NCBI GenBank assembly: GCA_964462525.1
Contig: CAYWWY010000002.1
Coordinates: 193,493 to 257,492, forward strand
DNA length: 64,000 nucleotides
Direction of reading: 5' to 3'
From: an uncultured Thermotogaceae bacterium
Lineage (GTDB): Bacteria; Thermotogota; Thermotogae; MWEM01
Below are positions 59,554 through 64,000 of this stretch, piece after piece; position 1 is the stretch's first letter; every line of letters starts with the position of its first letter. The notes beneath the pieces were generated by a model. It searched no databases. It was given only the letters and a program-made list of their open reading frames with translations, and was not told the origin of the DNA. The translations under genes were made by a program, and so were the position numbers.

Positions 59554-61110
59554 TCAGAGACGCGAAGCAGTCCCCGAAAACGGAACTCCATCCTGCCGGC
59601 AGAACCGCCGCGCAAGATTCCGGCCATCCAAGCCGGCGGGCGGCAACCCGCCTCCAGGATTTGTCCATTGCCCAATCATCGAAAAGTTCTGCAAAGAAGG
59701 AAGGGTATTGGGCAACCGGGCCATCACACTCTGGGGCGTGGGTCCAAACCCTTCATAACTCCCATGCCAGTTTCGAGTATAGCGTTGAACGGTGTGCGGT
59801 GTTGAGACATCGGAAACCTCTATATCCGAACCAATCCCCGGAAACCGTTTCTCCATCAATTCCACTACCTGTGTTTTCAACTCCTCTTTCACTTGCTCAT
59901 AGGACTTGCGATCAGAAAGGGCCAGGTCACGCCAGTATTGGTCACGCCATGTATTGAAAATCACTTTTGCGGAGGTTTTCCCTTTTGGGGCTAAGGTAGG
60001 GTCGTAATGACGAAACGTGATTGCCAACGAGTTGTGGACAGAACCATCGGGAAACTCCAAAGGTTTGTCCAATTCAAGAATAAGGCTATGCGGTTCACTC
60101 GACATATCCCGTGCGATTCCAAAACCAAAGAGAACGGAAGATGGGAACAAAGGAAAGGTTTCATACGCCTTTCTTATGTTATCTGTAAGATAGTTTCCTT
60201 CAAGCATCTCGAACAAGGTGGCATGTCCGTCAGCTGCGGAGACAACTTCGTCCCCCGTCAGTTCAACACCGGAAGAAAGACGAATGCCTACGGCTTTTCC
60301 TTTTTTTACTATAATTTTATCCACAGGATTACGGTAATGGACTTGCCCTCCTAAAGACCGGTATTTCCGTTCAATATTTCGTGCAAACGCAAGAGAACCT
60401 CCCACCGGGTACCCCGCTGCTTGGCGATGTTGCATGCTAAGCCCCATGGTCAATGACATGACAGACCAGTCCGGAGGAATCACCCCCATCAACACCTTCT
60501 TCATGATCGGATTTCTGAATTGATCCGCATAAACCTTCATGGGCGTTCGAGCGTGTCTCAAAAAACGGGGCATAATCGATAGATTGCCTAAGAGGCTGCT
60601 TGCTCGGTGAATGGGGCTATGATTTTCTGGATCAGTCGTGATTCGGAACCGGCTCAATCTCTTCAAGTCTTTCGCGAGTTGCACGATCATCTTCCGGTCT
60701 TCTGGGGCAATTCTCAAGAGCTCTTCTTTCAAGCGATCCGCGTCAGAAAACAACCGCACAACCGAACCATCCACAAATTCCATCCGGGAAAAGTCGTCCA
60801 GGTTGACGATTTCGGAGCGACTTCCATCCTCGTTCTCGAAGGCGCCCAATTCATTCCAAACCACATCGAACCCCGTGTTGGGTTTGGTACCCATTAACCA
60901 ATGAACACAGTAATCGATCGTATAATCACCCCGTTTCCAGGCAGTGCATAGTCCTCCCGGGATGGAATGCGCTTCGAATATCTCCGTATCGTATCCGTTT
61001 CGCTGCAGATAAGAACCGGCCGATAGACCAGCAATCCCTGCACCGATAATCAAGACCTTTTTTGGCGCCATATCTTTGCCCCTTTCTGGATTTGAAACGA
61101 TCGATCCCAA
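59554..61110 (-). CDS. FAD-dependent oxidoreductase, phytoene-desaturase (CrtI)-like family
   Basis: Rossmann GxGxxG ..VLIIGAGIAGLSAG.. plus amine-oxidase-like fold; 518 aa (alternative start 13 codons downstream). Confidence 0.75.
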   Translation of the reverse strand: MGSIVSNPERGKDMAPKKVLIIGAGIAGLSAGSYLQRNGYDTEIFEAHSIPGGLCTAWKRGDYTIDYCVHWLMGTKPNTGFDVVWNELGAFENEDGSRSEIVNLDDFSRMEFVDGSVVRLFSDADRLKEELLRIAPEDRKMIVQLAKDLKRLSRFRITTDPENHSPIHRASSLLGNLSIMPRFLRHARTPMKVYADQFRNPIMKKVLMGVIPPDWSVMSLTMGLSMQHRQAAGYPVGGSLAFARNIERKYRSLGGQVHYRNPVDKIIVKKGKAVGIRLSSGVELTGDEVVSAADGHATLFEMLEGNYLTDNIRKAYETFPLFPSSVLFGFGIARDMSSEPHSLILELDKPLEFPDGSVHNSLAITFRHYDPTLAPKGKTSAKVIFNTWRDQYWRDLALSDRKSYEQVKEELKTQVVELMEKRFPGIGSDIEVSDVSTPHTVQRYTRNWHGSYEGFGPTPQSVMARLPNTLPSLQNFSMIGQWTNPGGGLPPAGLDGRNLARRFCRQDGVPFSGTASRL

Positions 61111-61231
61111 TGGATTCTTTGATAGTATAGCACATTTTTTTCGATTTCCTCATGGGATCCGCAGCGCCTACTTCAGAATGGGCATGATTGAATCCTTGGG
61201 CAAAGAGGGTGCAGATGGTTCAGAAGAAGTT

Positions 61232-61696
61232 TTACAAACCAGAAAGAGGATACCGGAGAATCAAAAAGCCATACTCCTTTAAAGACCTTGTCACAAGAAA
61301 ACCCCATCGTTTGTATATCGCGATTGCCTTTTCATTGGATTGGTGAACACCCAATTCGATGGCGTTCAGTCGTCCTCGATGCTGGTTGCATATATGACGG
61401 AAAACGAAGCTTCCAATCCCTTGGCCTTGAAACTCGGAATGGAGAATAAGCCCATGCAGATGGAGAATCCGATCCCGTTCTTCTGTCCAAAAGTATCCAG
61501 TCTTTTGGCCTTGAACCATTATGCGCTGAACCACTCCTGTCCCTCGGACCAATTCAGCAAACTGCTCCCATGAAACGCCCATGATCTCCAAGGTTTTCTC
61601 GAGATACTCAGCTGCTTCTTCCTTCATCAGAGTCAGAAAATCATCGATATCCAGACTTGAAGCGGGGAAAAAAGCAACCGTATGATCTTCTCTCAT
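61232..61696 (-). CDS. GNAT-family N-acetyltransferase
   Basis: ..QGQGIGS.. acetyl-CoA P-loop and ..AIAIYKRWGF.. motif; 154 aa. Confidence 0.7.
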   Translation of the reverse strand: MREDHTVAFFPASSLDIDDFLTLMKEEAAEYLEKTLEIMGVSWEQFAELVRGTGVVQRIMVQGQKTGYFWTEERDRILHLHGLILHSEFQGQGIGSFVFRHICNQHRGRLNAIELGVHQSNEKAIAIYKRWGFLVTRSLKEYGFLILRYPLSGL

Positions 61697-61739
61697 GGGA
61701 AACCCTCCTCATTCTCGAAAGTAGGATGCCATTCCTCAG

Positions 61740-62402
61740 CTACTTTTGCATAAGCATCGATCGGATTGAAGGGTCCATCTTTTCGATGGCATACCGCAAC
61801 GAAAGACGGGGCATATGGTCTTTGTGGGTTTGGATAAAACCGATCACCGCGTCAAGATCCTGTTCCGCCAGGACTTTGAGCATCCATCCATATCCTTTTA
61901 CCACCAGATAGTGCGCATCATTCAACAATCGTTCAGCGATCCGCAAAGGGCCTGTGTGTTGATATCGGTCTCTGCGGATGGGCAGGATGAGCACGACGGC
62001 CGATGCCCTTCGAACTGGGAACTGAGGGGAATGGGTCCACTCCAATATTTTCGGGAACGAATCAGTTTGTTGCATCACCAATTCTCCAAAGGCGTGCGTG
62101 CAGAAGTCATCGCAGTCCCCCCAATCAGATACATACTCCATCAACCATCGCTCGAACAAGGGAAAAGTCTGCTTTTGATATTGGTTCCTCATTCGGTGGG
62201 CCCAATCGAAGGCAATCGTATTGTATGGCCATCTCTTTTCTTTCAGCAACTGCTCGCAAAGTGGAAAGACCGTTTCGGGGTTTGGATCTTCAAGGATCCG
62301 GAACAACTCCGCGCTGAAGGACCGAACCGTTTTGGTATTCAATGACCGCGCGCGTTGCAAATCATCAAATTGCTGATGGATCCGCTCAAGAAGATGGGTC
62401 AC
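61740..62402 (-). CDS. DNA alkylation repair protein (AlkD/AlkC-like HEAT-repeat)
   Basis: 220 aa all-helical; ..W.YNTIAFDW..., ..VRRASAV.L.. resemble the DNA alkylation repair enzyme family. Confidence 0.7.
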   Translation of the reverse strand: MTHLLERIHQQFDDLQRARSLNTKTVRSFSAELFRILEDPNPETVFPLCEQLLKEKRWPYNTIAFDWAHRMRNQYQKQTFPLFERWLMEYVSDWGDCDDFCTHAFGELVMQQTDSFPKILEWTHSPQFPVRRASAVVLILPIRRDRYQHTGPLRIAERLLNDAHYLVVKGYGWMLKVLAEQDLDAVIGFIQTHKDHMPRLSLRYAIEKMDPSIRSMLMQK

Positions 62403-62418
62403 GCTAACCTCCCATTTT

Positions 62419-63615
62419 TCAGGGGTTTGAAGAAACCGGTTGTTCGATCGCGTTCCCAGGTTTCAACAGTGATTCCAGGCAGACAAGAAACCGCTCCAGT
62501 GTTTGGCGGTTAACATTCAAACATGGATCCAATCGGAGGGTTTTCCCTCCTAAACGCAACGAAAGGATGAACCTGTTTGCAAGCAATCCTTCAAAAACTC
62601 CTTGAGCCTGATCCAAATCAATCGCCAGCATCAACCCTCTCCCGCGTACTTCTTGGATCATCGAATACCGCGTCTTGAGCCCCTCTAGGGCGTTCTTAAG
62701 AAAAATGCCTTCATTGCGGGCGCGATCGATCAGTCCCTCTTCCTTGATGACGCGAACAACCTCCAGAGCCACGCGCGCACCCAAGGGATCATACTGATGC
62801 GATTGGGCGTATGGGAAAGGCCTACCTTCCCAACAGTCCACGCATTGTTTGGAAATCCCGGTAAAACTGACCGGATAGCCATTTCCGATCCCTTTCCCAA
62901 TGGCCACAATGTCGGGTTTTATCCCGTAATGCTCAAATCCATACCATCGTCCGGTTCGGCCAATCCCGGTCGTGATTTCATTGACTAGAACCAGACCGCC
63001 TTCCGATTGGATGGTTTCACAGATCAAACGAACCAAGCCTTTCGGAGGAAACCGTACAAATCCCGAAGAACTCCCCGGTTCGAACAAAAACCCTCCCAAC
63101 TGATTGAAGGGAATGGATTGAAAATGAGTGCAATCGCGATCACAGACCTCAGTCTTGGGGCAGGTTTTGCAGCGGTCCAACCAATCAAAGGCTGTCCATG
63201 CTCCCGCGTCCCTTGTTGTGGCCGATCCATACGCCCCATAGTACGAATCGCTCATCGATAGAAGGAACGGGCGATCCATAATCTTTTGGGCCAAACGGAC
63301 TCCAAACTCGATTGCTTCGCTTCCCGAACACAAGAAAACGCCCTTCCCATCGTCCAGGCCCATCGTCTCCAGCAGCTCGATGGCGCTTTCCTCAATCACC
63401 TGATGCGCGTAGATATACCCGGTATGTATGAGCTCTTCGGACTGGTTTCGAATCACTTGGCAAATCCGTGGGTGATTGTGTCCGATCGAGGTGCACCAAA
63501 TTCCCGATTCGAGATCGATGTATTCCGTTCCCTGTGAATCGTATACATACTCCTTTTTCGCTCGGACCGCATTGGGGATTCGAACCGGATGCAGGGTCCA
63601 GAAAATATGTTCCAT
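62419..63615 (-). CDS. Class-III (PLP fold type I) aminotransferase
   Basis: ..CSGSEAIE.., ..DE..TG.GRTG.. and the PLP-lysine region ..DIVAIGKGIGNGYP.. typical of ornithine/acetylornithine/GABA aminotransferases. Confidence 0.85.
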   Translation of the reverse strand: MEHIFWTLHPVRIPNAVRAKKEYVYDSQGTEYIDLESGIWCTSIGHNHPRICQVIRNQSEELIHTGYIYAHQVIEESAIELLETMGLDDGKGVFLCSGSEAIEFGVRLAQKIMDRPFLLSMSDSYYGAYGSATTRDAGAWTAFDWLDRCKTCPKTEVCDRDCTHFQSIPFNQLGGFLFEPGSSSGFVRFPPKGLVRLICETIQSEGGLVLVNEITTGIGRTGRWYGFEHYGIKPDIVAIGKGIGNGYPVSFTGISKQCVDCWEGRPFPYAQSHQYDPLGARVALEVVRVIKEEGLIDRARNEGIFLKNALEGLKTRYSMIQEVRGRGLMLAIDLDQAQGVFEGLLANRFILSLRLGGKTLRLDPCLNVNRQTLERFLVCLESLLKPGNAIEQPVSSNP

Positions 63616-63625
63616 CCTCCCCCCC

Positions 63626-64000
63626 TTATCTCGACAATCCTCGTTCTATAAAGGTGATCAGCTGGTCTACCCGATGCATAAGCACGTCGATTGTTTGTTC
63701 CCTATACTCTTTAAGCATCGACCAAGAGTTTCGAAAGAGGTACAAGATCATTGTTTCGGCAAAACCTTGATCAAAACAAGGTGCGAACCTGTTTTGGCTA
63801 TACTCCTGGTCGATCAAGGGCAAAAAAAAGTCTCTCAGCTTGGGTTCTATGTCTCGAAGCGCTTTTTCCATCAGTTCCGGACTTGCATTCAGAATCGTGC
63901 TGAAGCTAAACTCAACATATTCCGGATATTGCTTCATAAACCCGACCATCATATTCATATGGACTCTCAAAGAATCAAAAAGAGGCATTGGTTCCTGGCT
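63626..64000 (-). CDS. Probable TetR-family regulator (C-terminal ligand-binding part only; N-terminus beyond window end)
   Basis: All-helical ORF that runs off the window on the - strand; resembles TetR C-terminal domains; the HTH is not visible here. Confidence 0.35.
   Translation of the reverse strand, partial: SQEPMPLFDSLRVHMNMMVGFMKQYPEYVEFSFSTILNASPELMEKALRDIEPKLRDFFLPLIDQEYSQNRFAPCFDQGFAETMILYLFRNSWSMLKEYREQTIDVLMHRVDQLITFIERGLSR

Noticed and set aside
1-64000. CRISPR arrays, IS elements, prophage or toxin-antitoxin pairs
   Set aside because: No regularly spaced direct repeats, transposase or integrase motifs, or small two-gene TA-like pairs were seen. The intergenic space is minimal throughout.

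Overview
The window is 64 kb of a dense, mostly core bacterial chromosome region from an anaerobe with Firmicutes-like gene content, unusually compact and co-directional. About 52 kb (142..52256) is entirely on the + strand, and many genes overlap by 4 nt. It opens with the universal rplK-rplA-rplJ-rplL-rpoB-rpoC cluster. rpoC is 1663 aa and carries three lineage-specific insertions. Downstream are: rpmE; an S1-domain protein; tRNA-Ser(UGA); a monomeric CpI-like [FeFe]-hydrogenase with its own terminator; a NitT/TauT-type ABC permease/ATPase pair with no binding protein; a GT4 glycosyltransferase; and fabF-fabZ translationally coupled to an uncharacterised 425-aa protein. Next are a YgeW-like knotted carbamoyltransferase, a HyuA-like hydantoinase and a CDA-fold deaminase, all coupled, then lysA, phoH, a 7TM-HD protein and ybeY. 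A secreted protein with two SBP_bac_3 domains fused to a chagasin-like (I42) domain follows, then an nqrBCDEF Na+-NQR-type operon with no nqrA in the window. After that: gdhA, trpS, scpA, a tandem DUF2007-like protein, gcvT-gcvH (no gcvP, no glycine riboswitch), an orphan XdhC/CoxS-type 2Fe-2S protein, aspS, an orphan STAS protein, cmk-ispH-rpsA-der-plsY, glgX, a lipid-type glycosyltransferase and an Eis-like GNAT. The last 12 kb is mixed-strand: a priming sugar transferase, a SagB-type dehydrogenase, htpX, a DHFR-like gene, an ABC-2 exporter pair, a RACo-like ferredoxin/ASKHA protein, a CrtI-like oxidoreductase, a GNAT, an AlkD-like protein, a class-III aminotransferase and a truncated TetR-like gene. 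I found no CRISPR array, integrase, transposase or rRNA gene. Extended -10 promoter-like elements recur (TGATATAAT three times, GTGGTACAAT twice), each in an intergenic position just upstream of a gene. The best candidates for something new are the NqrA-less nqrBCDEF module with its adjacent SBP-chagasin fusion, the ygeW-hyuA-deaminase operon, and the fabFZ-coupled 425-aa protein. All functional assignments rest on motifs read by eye and on recalled family knowledge. No searches were run.
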